The notes under the pieces: generated by a model
The model's database searches: none
What the model saw: the letters and a program-made list of their open reading frames with translations, nothing else
What the model was told of the DNA's origin: nothing
Translations under genes and position numbers: made by a program
NCBI GenBank assembly: GCA_028534125.1
Contig: CM052818.1
Span: 38,194,001 to 38,258,000 of the forward strand
Direction: 5' to 3'
Origin: Lama glama
Taxonomy: Eukaryota
Length of the DNA: 64,000 nucleotides
Part shown: positions 1-12,948 of the stretch, piece after piece
Numbering within the stretch: the stretch's first letter is position 1
Layout: every line of letters starts with the position of its first letter

Positions 1-54
1 CTTTAAACTTCCTGATCTACCCGATGACCTCTTAATCCCTCTAGAAGTCTCCCG

Positions 55-275
55 CTCGCATCACTTTCTCCATAAAGCTTTATCGAACCTTTCCCTCAAG
101 CCCAATATGTTGCTAATTCTTCTATGAACACCAAGCAACATAATGCATTCCTCACTTGGCATCTTGCATGTGTGCAGTTATTTATTTATACAATTGCCTC
201 CCACCAGGAACAGAAGTCACTTTGTGTTCCTTCCTCTTTGCTTGGCACATATTAGGCATTTAATTCACGTGTTCC
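55..275 (+). mobile_element. L2 LINE 3' fragment
   Basis: Ends with an L2-like tail 'cttggcacatattaggcatttaattcacgtgtt' preceded by degenerate L2 3' sequence. Confidence 0.55.
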
Positions 276-1931
276 AAAAAGATTTAGATTTTTTTTTTTC
301 TTTTTCAGAGCAGAGAGCCCTGTTGTCTGGACTAACTAGAGGCTCCACAGCATGTTTGGATCCTCTGAGTTTCCAGGGCACGGTCTCCAGGAGCTACATC
401 GTATTTCTTATCCTGATACAGTTCATTTGTTGGTGCCATCCTTAAACTGGTCCTTGAACATCCTTAAACTGGACCCAGAAAAAAAACTAATCCATGGGAT
501 TTGGGTCCCTGTAACTGTCAAGCATAGTGATGCTGATTTCAGAAACTGGATTAAGCTGGTGCAAATTATCCTTGGGGGCTAAGAAGTTTTTCTCAGTGCT
601 CCCCAATTTATAATTCATGGAGCAATAAATTTGAGTGCATGATGGCTTGGACATGATGGAGGAGTACATTCTTCCATCACCGCTTCTTGTCTGAGGAAAC
701 AATTTTGTTTCCCAGAGTGGTTTGGAGCTGTAGTTTGTGTCTCTAGAAAGGCTCTGTTGAAACGATGAAGACAGAGGACTGCTTTCTCTATCACTCACTG
801 CTGAGTGAAAGAGACGAGAATCTGTCTTGCAAACCACCTTTCTCAATTCAATTACACAGAGAATCAAATAAATGTGTGCTTTATCTACTTGATCTTATGA
901 ATTCTATGCAAGCCTAACCCAGTGGTTGGCTGTGACAAGCCATCAGATATCTCTTCTTAATTTTATATTTCCCCATTTCACAGCTGCTTGATAAATGATC
1001 ATATCTGACAGCTTTTAATCCATGTAAGAGTGATCATTGGCGATGAGGGCTTTGGAAGAATTGTATGTAGACTGTCCTTCTCCTTTGCATTCCTCTACCT
1101 GTTTTTTAATCACCAGATATGCCACACACTGACAGAGTCTTTCATTACACGCTCTGTTCAGGGCTTCAGTACTTTTTACTGCTGGTACATGATAAACAGT
1201 AAAGATGTGCCCCTCTACTACAAAAACAGATTTATTAATAAATAGCTGACACTTTGTACTTTTGCAGAATATCAAAGCAATTAGTGACAACAGGAGAATG
1301 ATTTTCAATACCTACGGAGCAAAATATCACATTGATTCAAGCTCAAAGCTTTCTCTAAATAACAGCTAAGGCACTGTCTACTGCATTTGGTCAATTCTTT
1401 TAAATAACAGGTGGTAAAGAAGGAAATATATCAGTAAAACTGCTTTGAATGCTTTTCCCCTTGGTTTGACTGGATATATTTGCCAATATAGAATAACTAG
1501 CAGACTAATGGCATCAAAAATAATTTTGGCTTCTTTTTTATCTAAGTTTGTATATGTATTTTATTAACATATATGCCTCACTAATAACGTTCGTCATCTT
1601 TGGATTTCATGTAAAACTGAGATATTCATTTGACTTAAAAGCCAAGGGTTCATTGTGGGAGAAAATGGAACATTTAGATCATGAAATCTTGGATTCACAA
1701 AGTCATAGGACTATGAACCAGAAGAAATTCAAAGAGAGAGACCAGGCTAGCTTCTTCCCTGGGGAAATATGATGTTATTCCTACTCCCAACCTCTCCTAA
1801 AGCCCGCAATATTACAGATGACACATTGAAGCCAGTGAAGAGAACCTGATTATCCAGTAAATAAAAATTTGTGACGGATCAAGAATTCTGCCCTCCCCAG
1901 TCCTCAGTGCTTTCCCCCAGGGAGTTTGCCT

Positions 1932-2290
1932 CCATTCATTCATTCATTCAGTGCCTACTAAGCTCTGGGCACTATTCTAGGCACTGGGGAGGGAGCAGAG
2001 AATAAACATAGACAACATTCCTGTCTTCATGGCCCTTTTCTTACACTCTAAGAGGAAGATCATAAATAACTAAGTAAAGAAATGGTATTTTAGGAAATGA
2101 TAAATGCTTTGTAGAAAAGTAGGGCAAGCAGATCGGAGTACATGGAGGGATGGGGAAATGCACTGCTAAGTTTTGAATGTGATGGTCAAGGAAAACCTTG
2201 ACCTGATAAAGCAATGAATGAGTAAGGAGCTAAAGGAAGGAAGGATGGGAATCTTGGGGCTCTCTGCCCAGTGACTCCAAGGTAGAAGCA
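1932..2290 (-). mobile_element. L2 LINE 3' fragment
   Basis: (TTCA)n tail followed by 'gtgcctactaagctctgggcactattctaggcactgggga', the reverse of the L2 3' end. Confidence 0.8.
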
Positions 2291-5039
2291 CACTTACCCT
2301 GCTAGCATGTGTGCAAGCTGTGTGCTTATTTCCCCCAGATTTATTTTATCACGTTCTACCCCTTTCTACTTCTTCACTGAGATTGTCTTTTCTTGTTTCT
2401 GCCGGAGACTAAGATAGCTCCACAAATCATCCCCTGCTTCCGCCATGGCCCCCGAATCTTGGAGCTGTGCCATTTTCAAGTCACTGCCTCCGCTTCTATT
2501 CCAGCCTCTCAGCATAATTGTCAGACTCTCCCTTTTCTGTGCCTGGTTCATCTCGGGACACTTCACAGCTCCTCAGCTCAGGGGAGTCAGACAGACATAT
2601 TCCCTCCTGTCACATTCAACACCTGAGGCTTTTGAATTTGAACCAACTCTGTCCCCTGGATTTTAGCTCCATCTTATGCCTAATCATCCTTTGAGAGAAC
2701 AATGAGGTGAAAGGGCTATAGAACGCAGGTTACAAAGTGGGTCTGCACCTTAAATTGAATCACAAGTCAAACAGGCCTCTATATTTGCCAATTACTGGGC
2801 ACCCACCCTGTGCTGGGCTTCATGCTAGATGCTGGGGATTCTGAGATGCCCCTGTCCTCAAAGTGCTCACAACTGACTGTTCTCTGCCATAAGCAATCAC
2901 CATGTTTCTGAAGGCAGTATGGGGGGCTGCCCACCACCCAGCGCCAGTCAAGTCCTTCCACATGTGAGTATTGGGGGGTGGGGGAATCCTGTGCATGTGT
3001 ATATGTTTTAATGTGGCCAGCACTGGGCTAGGCGCTAAACAAAGGAATGAAAAGTAAAATGCATGATTTCCCCTAAGGAACTGGCTGCTTAGTTGGTATA
3101 ACAAATTATAAAAACTACCTGGAGTGTAATATAGCAATGTACCATGAAAACTGTACCTCAAAATCACAGTAAGGGTACTATAAAATGAAAATTACGGATT
3201 CTTGTCCTCCAGCCATCTCCCAACATTACCCTTGCCTATTCTAAGGTCAAGCAAATACACGTAAGGGATCAGGAACATTACTGCTCACAAGGATTCAGAC
3301 ATCCTGTTTCATTGTTGTTTAAGAAATAAATTCTATTTTTGGAAGTATCCCTCTTTATAAATCCAGACTCTAATTATAGATTTTTTTAGGGTAGGAAGGA
3401 GTTCATTAGCCAATTTTCATTTCTACTAACAATCTCAGCATTTTGCCTATATTTGTGTCTCTTTTAATCCTATATGCTCACTATTTGGAAAATGTCTGCT
3501 GCCAGACTTTTTGCTATTTTTAAAAAATCTTTTCCAAAATATTTCGCCTCTGACTAGCTTTCCTATTTGAGACTCTTTCTCTGCCTCTTACATTAGTCTC
3601 GTGTAAGGGAGGCTGTCCCCGTCCATCTTATTTCTTCCACCACCCTGCGCACTCCTCTTAGTATTCCATCCATGTAAACCGCTCCACCAAGCTTCCATCC
3701 TGTTAAGTTTAAGGTAAATATGTAGAATAATATATTCAGGTATTAGCTTTCCTGGTTGAAAAGCTCTAATGAAAAGGAATACCTGTGCCAAAGCAGGAAC
3801 ATTAAAGTTAGAAATGGAGGCACAGCCGTGCCTATGTGGTGGGCCCAATTTTGCTCAAAAAGATGGGATCCGAATAGGAGCAGTTTCCAGGAGTCATCAT
3901 TTATTTGCAGGCTCACTAGCAAATGTATTATTTATTTATCCTCACCACAAATTATTCTCTCTGATGTGATTTTGAACACCTTGGGCAATATTAAGCCTGA
4001 ATTCTTATCTGCTAAAACCCAGGATTCTGTGTGCATGGCCATTATTAGCTTGTCCCTGAAGCAGCAGATACAGTGTAGGATCTTCAGGGGACCAGATCTT
4101 TCTAATGATCATTCCATGCAAATCCCAGCAATTGGCCTCGGATGACAAGTCAGATCCTAGAGCAGATGATAGTAAGTTTCCTTTAGAATGTGGGAAAATC
4201 CTGATTCCCCTTGTTCGTGATGCCGCGTGAACAGACGCTGCAGCTCACGGGAGGAGCCAGTGCGGGCTCTGCACCCCTGCTTATGGGAAAGGGTAATCCA
4301 GTTATTGTTTGAGTGCCTGAAAATCACTCACTGTTAACTAAGTGGGTAGGTTAGCACCCTTCTATATACACCTTTCTGCATCTTTTTAAAAAAGGTCAGC
4401 TTTCCCCAATTTTCCTTCATTAGATACATTTCAAAGTTTCAGCAAAGTCAATGGAAGTTTGTTCATATTCTGGCCCCGTGACCCCACATCCCTGCATCGC
4501 CCAAGCGTGGGTGTGAGGCCTGTTTATGTGTTTATGAACCACGTCCTCTCCGCTTCAAGTGTCCCTGCCTACATCACCGGTTCCTAAGAAGGAGCCAAGT
4601 ACCCCTTGACTTTTGAGGCAGGTAGGGCAGCTGCTAACTTGGCAGGTCATGCATTCTGCTGGGGCACTGTCCGTCCTCGCTGCCTTCCACAGTTTCCTCT
4701 CTCACTGCACTTTAATCTTGTGGGCTAGGGAGGCTGACAGTTAACCAAATGGTGAATTTGGGTGACACAAAGGAGGAAGGAGGGGTGCAGGTATGTGCTT
4801 GCCTGCCTCTACATATCTTCTATTAATTAGGTTGAGGAATTTTAACTGAGAATGTACTCTCTGCCATGCACTGTGCTAAGCTCCACGAGTAGCTTCAAAA
4901 AGCTTGGAATCTGTTACAGAAATATGCCTGTGAGCATGCCACACAAGCTCACCCATGCCTGCTGTTACCCCAGGTGCTAAACCTCTCTTCAAAATCTCAC
5001 TTTTTATCCACTTCATCATAATTACCACTCCCTTTTACA

Positions 5040-5170
5040 TCCTCCCATATCTCCTAAACTGTGGTGCTTCAAATTTGATATAGTATGCCTCCAGATGGCT
5101 AACAAATGTAACATAAGATCTGTTTGTTTAGATTCTACTATTCACCTAAGCAGCAGCATTAAGTACCTAG
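5040..5170 (-). mobile_element. possible L3/CR1 fragment
   Basis: 'tttgatatagtatgcctccagatggctaac...ttctactattcacctaagcagc' weakly resembles recalled CR1/L3 antisense sequence. Confidence 0.3.
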
Positions 5171-5799
5171 TGGGATTTGGGGGAAATTAAAAGGAGCCCA
5201 GGTACTAGTCCTTTGTTCCAGATGTTCATAGCTGGTTGTGGGGACAAAGAGATGCGCATGAAATGTGGGCTAAACGTGAACACAGTGTAATAATAGAGGT
5301 GAGTCTCACATGAGGCCAGACAAGGTAGAACAGGTGTGTGTGCTGGAGAGGCAGACGAGGCTGCAGGTGGATTTGGAAACTGAAATGTTCCTTGAAGAAA
5401 TGTGCAGAACAGAGGAGAGGGTGTAAACTTTACTGCCTCAAATAACATTAGACCCTAGTGTGGTGGTATTTGTTGTTGTTTAATGAGATATACTGAATGT
5501 ATCCTCCCATGATTTCTCACATCTACCTCAAAATACGTTATATATAACATGATATCAACATTCGGGATATTTTAAAATGATAGTTTTATCTCCTAACTTG
5601 TAGCCCTTTCTCTTGGCATATTTTGAGGTTTTGTATTTGGGCTAACAGGTAAGACCACTGAGCATACTTGATTCGGGCACATCTCGTGATCTCAAAGGGA
5701 GAAGCCTTCATTAACTTAACAAGCATTAGCTTAGAATCTACACTTTATCTAAGACTGTGGTAGGTGCTATTAGACACCTACCAAACGAGGAGTCCTTGA

Positions 5800-5995
5800 G
5801 GCTGAGTTCAGCACTGGGTCTTGTAGTGACTAGTGTTATCACTTTAAAAAGATCATTTAAACCTCCTCAGCCTCAGTCTTCTTGCCTATAAAACAGGGAC
5901 TATTAGATTGGCCTTGCCTTCACAATAAGGTTACTATAAACATTAAGATATATCACAGATATAAAAAAGGCTTATAATTATTGAAGTGCTCTCAT
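5800..5995 (+). mobile_element. MIR SINE
   Basis: MIR core-like 'catttaaacctcctcagcctcagtcttcttgcctataaaacaggga'. Confidence 0.7.
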
Positions 5996-6076
5996 AAATT
6001 TTTCAGATTTTAAAACCTACTTCCATGAGAGTAGGAAAAACTTTATTACCATAATGGATAAACTCTTCAGTTGGAA

Positions 6077-6205
6077 TACACACACACACACACATATTGT
6101 ATATGTATACATATACATTCAGTTTTTTATATATTCAGCTATATTCACAACTTTCTCTATATATAATATACATTATATATATATATGATGTGTATATATA
6201 TATAT
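6077..6205. repeat. (CA)n microsatellite and degenerate (TA)n tract
   Basis: Directly visible dinucleotide runs. Confidence 0.9.
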
Positions 6206-7479
6206 GAATGAAATGACTAGGAATCAATTCTAAGTTTAAATTTAATTAATATGCCAAAGCAATGACAGTTTCTGGAATTGCTAACAGATATGCAAGTACC
6301 AGAATGAAATGTGTGGGGAGAACGATGCCCAGAATCCTTCCTGGCAGAGATACAAATCCATTCAGGTCTTGAAGGAAGGGAAGGGAGATGGCTTACCGCA
6401 TCAAGCTGGGAATACATCCTACTTGAACCTTGAGTCACTGGACTATGGTTTTGTGTCCTCAACCTAGTGTCCTAGTGCCTTTTCATAAGATCTATTTTTC
6501 AACCTCCCTTTGGAAAGAGAAGTCAGCAGCCTTCTACAAGGCATCAGTTTCATGTGTTCAAGATGGCTATATTCTTAGATAAACAGGGAGGAAAAAAAGG
6601 CTTCCTACAGAGTGATTTTATAAGGGCAGAGTCACCTTAGTTGTAGACTTAAGATTTAACTATCTGAAGTGAATTCATTATAACTCTACTCACTTAGAAA
6701 TAAAATGTCATTTCTCATGACCCAATAAATGGAGTGTAATTACTGAAAGTACATAAATGATAGAACTGAAATTTTTCTCCTCCTGATCATGCTTATGACA
6801 AGAAGCAATTTCACATATCTCAATAACTGATAACTGGGGAGAAACATTCCAAAACAGACCAAACATTTTAGAAAGAATGTTGACAATAAAGATCACATTA
6901 AATAATCAGTCTTTTGAGAGATCTTGGCTTTTGGACAACTGCTAAAATCCTAATGTGAGTTTCACTGCCCCTTAGGAAACATTTAACTCACTTTGAAACT
7001 TATTTGAAGAGACAGAAACCTGGGAATATGACTTAAAATGCCTAGGTTGGCCCCTTGCCTTCTAAGCTGAGCTTTGACCCTTTTAAACTTTACCAGTGGC
7101 TTTCTATAGTTCCTTCCTTTCAGGAATTTCAATCCTCTGTGGTGAAAAGATTATAAACAAACAATCCTCTGATGGCTTCTAATGAAAACATTTATAAAAG
7201 TCTTCATCTGACAGTCGAGTGAAGTCAAGTACACCATTCTGTGCTTATCCAGGAGCCACCAAGTCACTTCTTTATCTCCTTCAGCTTTGGACTATTGGAT
7301 GCTCAATTTGTAAGCAATTATTAGAAAAATAAGATTATTCTGTGAAGTGCTTCTCCCAGAGAAAATCTTCCTAAATGACTTCTTATTCTTAAAATGATGC
7401 CAATTCCTTGCCTAAAACTGTATGCACCACTCAATGATATATGATTAGAAATTATGAGGCCAATTTTCCAAAGGTGTTT

Positions 7480-7640
7480 CTTCATTTGCATCAGCAAAAA
7501 AATGAGTACTTATAATTGTCCATGCAAATCAAGGACTTTCATATGCAAATGCTTATATGTGGATGTAATTATGCTGCTCCAATACATGGATTGTGGTTTA
7601 ATCTGTTATACAAATAAGTGTGTAAATATGCATTTGTATT
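7480..7640. promoter_or_regulatory. candidate enhancer: cluster of POU octamer motifs
   Basis: ATTTGCAT 7484-7491, ATGCAAAT 7522-7529, ATGCAAAT 7543-7550, and SOX-like ATTGT just 5' of the middle site. Confidence 0.5.
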
Positions 7641-10389
7641 TTTAGTTAGAAAAAAATAGTATCCATATGTGTAACTATTGATAGGGACAGAAATGAAACA
7701 GCCAGCAAGGGTCACCTGTTATATTCCAGGTGAAATTATTTTCATAGCCAACACATTACGAACAGAACTGCTTCTTTCTTCTCACCCTCATGCCCTGTTG
7801 CAGATTCTTGATCACTGAAGCCAGACTTCATCTGTTATTATGATCAGTTGACTCTGTATAAGATAGTTACCCTCACTGTGCATTTTTGTTACCAATGAGT
7901 CTACCCATCATCCAGCCTTCCAGATATGCTTGAACTCCATTGTTGAGTCAGATTCCTAGAAGATGCCTCAACCTCATGTAAATCAGACTATGCAACTGAT
8001 GCTGGGGAAGGGCTGTTACTTGTTCTACTTAACAGAGGCCCAGTTCTAGTCCAACTGGGATGCATGTTATACAAAAGTTTACCAAAAGCTGCCTCATCTG
8101 CCATGTACTTTTGAGAAAAGGTACCCTGGAGGAGGAGGGGAAGAGTTTTAAAAGGGATGATCTTTTGTTCTAGAAATCTAAGCCATTCAGCCAATACAAA
8201 ACTAAAGACTCGTGTATTACAATAACTAACCACTCTCACTTCAGGGGACCTTTTTCTTTACACAATGAAGCAGTACAAAGAGACAGATCTATTTACTGGA
8301 GAAGACGCCAGCACTAATTGACAAGGTGGCTCATTTCAGTTTGACCCAGAGAGGATATTTCACTGGCTGGGTAAATTATGTAGAGTTGTCAAACAGGGAA
8401 CATTTCTCCTACTTCCCCTTATTCTCCCAACGGACAGTGAAAACTAATGACTGGAACAGATTTGCCTCATTTGACTACAGATCATATCCTATTTCATACA
8501 AAATCTGAAAAAGAGAAAGATTTACAAGTAACAACTAGTGATCCTTCTTACTAAAAAACGTGATGATGTAAGCTGTGACAATATTTTCAATCTGAAAGTG
8601 TAGCTCATGGTCTGAATAATTATATTTATCCTGCTTTCAGGGGCAAGAAGAAGCTAGGATGATGTGACCTAGATGAAAGATATTAAAATTACTAGAATCT
8701 TTAAATGGTTTAATGGGGACAGCAAGACAGAGTATTGAAATAGCAGACATCATTAGAGCAGTCACAACATAAGAGGAGAAAAATGGCTAATTCTAGTGAA
8801 GTTTCTAAGAACACCACTGGTCCGTGGGTTACATAAGAGATTCTGGGGCTTCACAGAACTATCTGGAAGAAGTGAGAGGAAGGATTGGTGGATGTACAAT
8901 TTTTTTTCGTAATTATTACTGAAATGGTATTCTTGTCTCCATACTGGTGTAGCCTAAACTCTGTGAATTATGGTAAGAGCAATATTGCCAATTTCTACCC
9001 AGTCTGTACACTCAAACTTTCTAAAGTACTTCCATGGATAAAGCAACATTATTAATTTCTCTGAAATCTAAACTGATCATTGGACACTCAGACCTGGTTC
9101 TATTTCAACCAAATTTAACCCTGCACAACAGGACAAAGGGTTGTAATTGGTTATCGCTGGAAGAGCTACAGGATTTCATGAAACTCAATAAATATAAAAA
9201 TTCATTACAAATATTGGGGTAAAAAAGAGCAAAAACATCATTGAAAAAATGTTATTGGACTCAAAACTTTCATTGTTGTAATCTTATCCCTGAGGCAGCA
9301 GGATCAGTCTATTATCTCATAAATCTGGGCTGGAAGCTACAGACCCCAGTATTCATGGTAAAGAGAGAGAGTTAGAATAAAATAAAGATCAGATGGTAAA
9401 TGAAATGCATGTGTTTGTCCTTTCAAAGTGGCATGCTGGATAAACAGAAATACAATGTTGAATCAGATATCGTTCTGCATAGACGTGTACATTTTTCATC
9501 ACAGTGAGAGACATTTGTACTATGGTATGTTGCAGGTGATAGAAACAAAACAGAAGGAGATTCCTGGCTTCCCTATAGTGTGATATGCTTGCTCTCCATG
9601 AAATGAGGGAAAACCATTGGCTCTACTTTACTAATTCAAGATGGGGAAATTATATAATTGCAAAAATACAGAGCAAAGTTAATCCCCAGTGTCTACAGAA
9701 TCCTCTTCTTCTTAAGGACAGCTATGGAGATAAAAATGTATCATCTATTCTTGTCATTTAAGGAGATGCATTCAGATAATTTCCCAAGATTGTTCTTAAT
9801 GGAACTATATGAATATCAGTCAAAATATCACAAAATCCAATGTTAATCCCTTGTCTGATACAAGTTAAAAGAGAGTTTGATCTTGCATGCTGCCAACCAG
9901 CCCCCAGCCCTGCATTGTGCTCTCCCTCTGATTTCCATCACAGACAATTTTATCTCTCAGAAGAGCCTGAAGTATAATCACATTGTAATACAACAGGGGC
10001 TGCGTGTGCTTGTAAGCAAATACTTCTCTTTGGGAAAAACCTCTCTTGGTCTTATACCCTACTGGGACTGGCAGGCCCACCAGCTCCTGCCACTCAGCAC
10101 AAATACATCTCAGCATCAAGCAGTTAATAGATACTGACACATGAAGCGTTTTGCCTTAATAGATCTGTATTTATATCTAGCTTGTTTCAAGTTCAATTTG
10201 CAAGGGAACCTTATCTTGGTTGCTATCAAATATGCTACTTACCCTGCCATTTCCACCTGACAGCACCTGATGGTACAGATCTCATTTCAATGAAACCCAC
10301 AGCTGTCTTTCCCACTTGCTCCTGCCTTCTGGGCTATCACATTATCATGTCCGCACTTATACTGTTTTCTGTTCCCTTCCCCTCGTCTC

Positions 10390-10690
10390 CCTGGCCAACC
10401 TGATTTATCTTCAATGCTCAGCTTAAAAGTCACCTCCTCTGCCAACCCTTCCTTGGTCTCACGACCCTTGTGCAATTGACCACGCATCCTCTCTTGGAGC
10501 ACTGCCTTGAACACATTTCAAACACAGCACCTGTGACACATTTTACGTTTATTTATTTATGACCTTGTCTCTCTCCAATTACTACTTAAGATCTTTGAAG
10601 ACAGGAATTGGGCTACGTCTATGTTTGTATTCCTAGCACAAAGTACTATGCCTGCACGTAAGTGCTCAGCATATGCATCTTCATGGAATC
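10390..10690 (+). mobile_element. L2 LINE 3' fragment
   Basis: 'ctcagcttaaaagtcacctcctctgccaacccttcc...tttgtattcctagcacaaagtactatgcctgcacgtaagtgctcag'. Confidence 0.75.
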
Positions 10691-11089
10691 TTTGCAAAAA
10701 TAAGTTATATTTTTGCTTATATTAGAATTTCGTTTCAAAATAATCTCCTAAACCAAAATCTTTTCACATTAACAACCATTTTCTTCTGTACCTTTTCTAT
10801 CTTCATTTTTGTATTACATTTTCATAATATGTGTTCTCAAAGTTTTTCAAAGTCCTTAACTGGCTCCAAATAGCACAATCAACCTAGCAGGGCAATATGG
10901 TGAACTCTGTAATCATTTATTTAGTCCCAAGACCAAATACTTCTAACCTTGTAGTAAAAGTCACTCGTCACTTGTCCAAAAAGTACAGTTTATCACTCCT
11001 GTCACTCTACCAATTATCTGAACATTTGTGTGAAGTGAGTATGAATGAGCACATGATCTAATTTCCCCTCCTCTTCCCTTTGTACGTTA

Positions 11090-11360
11090 AGTCAGCGAAC
11101 AACTGAGAGCCTACTGTGTTACATACACCACACTGGGCACTAGAGATTAGAACACCAATACAACAGAGTCCCTGTCCTAAAGGAGCTCATTTTCCAGAAA
11201 ATGAATATTATCACAAAATTATTATGTTAGGTATGATAAGAGCAGCCCCTATTCTAAAGGATCTCCTTGTCTATAAAAGGAGTTTATTGACACAAAACCC
11301 ATTATGATATCTATGATAAGAGTTATGATGAAGATAAACATAGAAACCAAAGGGCAAGGA
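11090..11360 (-). mobile_element. L2 fragment(s)
   Basis: 'ctgagagcctactgtgttacatacaccacactgggcactagaga...gtccctgtcctaaaggagctca'. Confidence 0.6.
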
Positions 11361-12861
11361 ACAAGGGGACTTCAGGGGCGCCTTCCAATTATAATCCCCT
11401 GTAGAGTTCTTAGAATGATATCTGTGTGAACAGCAGTAACCATTTCCTTTGGTTCTTCAATCCACTTTTCAGTTGACACCAAAAGATCTCTTATGTTCAC
11501 TAAAACGCTAATGGACCGATCCAAATGATAAAATAAACAAGAGTCCTCTGTTCTACTGGATATCAAGGCATTTTCTCCACCTTATTTGAGTCTATGGGGT
11601 TTCTTAGACCACGCCATTTTAGTTAATCTAAATATCACATTATTTTCATTAGTTGTGCCATTGGATTGATAGTGAATCCAGATACCCTACTCAATTTAAT
11701 TTCGTTGTCAGATTGGACTGCTAATGGAGCAGTTCAGCTGAATGTGTGATGATCAGCCACAACATGAATGGTGATTTGTCCAGTGTTTGTCTCGGGAAGT
11801 CTAGCAATAAATACATTATCACTATACTAGTAGCATCCAAAGTTATAAAGCTGATTACTCTCTTAGTCAATGCTGGTGATGAGTCTTGGGTCAGGTCCAT
11901 CATTTGGCCATTTAGGATAAGACTTGCATCTGGGGGAATCTTCCCCAAGTGCACTTATCCTAGGGGAAAAAAACAAATGCAGCAGCCATTGAAAATGTGT
12001 GTGTGAGTGAGTGCTTGTGGCGTGTATGGATGGGTTCAAGTACAAGAAGAGATATTTGGAGTCTAACAAACACCAGAGGTTTGAAGAGTTTGGAAAGAGA
12101 GCAGAATCATGCCGTATGGTGGTATAAATGAACCACTGACAGTGCTTGCATTTTATGTTCTCTCTAAAGCTTGAAATGTGGGAAGGATAACTATGGTTAA
12201 ATGGCTATGCAGACAATTTTAGTGACAGCTTCTGAAAATGGTAACTCAGCTTCTGTTCTATGCTTTCTTGCATCTCTTAAGCATTTTTGTTTCGGGGGGA
12301 AAAAGATCTATAAAATTTAAACTGTCAGTAGGGTAAGCTAAAGCCAAGTGTAACCATTTTAGTTCATCTATTTGAACTTTCATGAGGCCAATTATTTATT
12401 TCAATACTCTTTCTTTTTCAGAGACATAACATAGCATATTAAAGTGGTTTGGCTGGGCTTGAGCTCCTGGTATAAAATAGGAGATTTGGGTATTCAATAA
12501 ACATTCTGAGTTAGTAATCTTTCTCCCACCAATAACTAGCACTGGGAGTTGAAGTCAAAACGGAAATGCTACTTAATCACTAACCACAATTCCCTTACTT
12601 TGAATAACAGCTGGAGTCTGTCTTAAGCAACATGAGGTCTATAGATGTGTCTAGAAACTGTCAGAAATTGGCATGTATATACAACTTGTTCCACTTTATC
12701 TCTTGGGACCATAAGTCTTGTTAGTTAATCGTTCTCAGTTGAAGATCAATTATCTCCAGATTATGTCTCTTGTACGCTCTCATAAAAAACACACCAAAGC
12801 CATTAACTTACATTTGGGAATCCCTGAGCTGCATGAGATAGTGCTCCTTTTCTTATTCCCT

Positions 12862-12948
12862 TAGTTAATTTATTAATTCAATAAAATTTAAGAGTCCACT
12901 ACAAGCCAGAAACTGTGTTAGGCACTAAGAAAACAAAAATGTATAAAA
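12862..12948 (-). mobile_element. L2 3' fragment abutting the large L1
   Basis: 'ttaattcaataaaatttaagagtccactacaagccagaaactgtgttaggcact'. Confidence 0.6.

Noticed and set aside
437..472. 14-bp direct repeat catccttaaactgg x2
   Set aside because: Only two copies; a simple local duplication, not an array or CRISPR
487..867. 126-aa minus-strand ORF
   Set aside because: Non-ATG start, no recognisable domain and no supporting splice structure; an ORF of this length is expected by chance
5758..5783. Hairpin TGGTAGGTG...CACCTACCA
   Set aside because: Too short for a pre-miRNA and lies in an L2 remnant; probably a template-switch product
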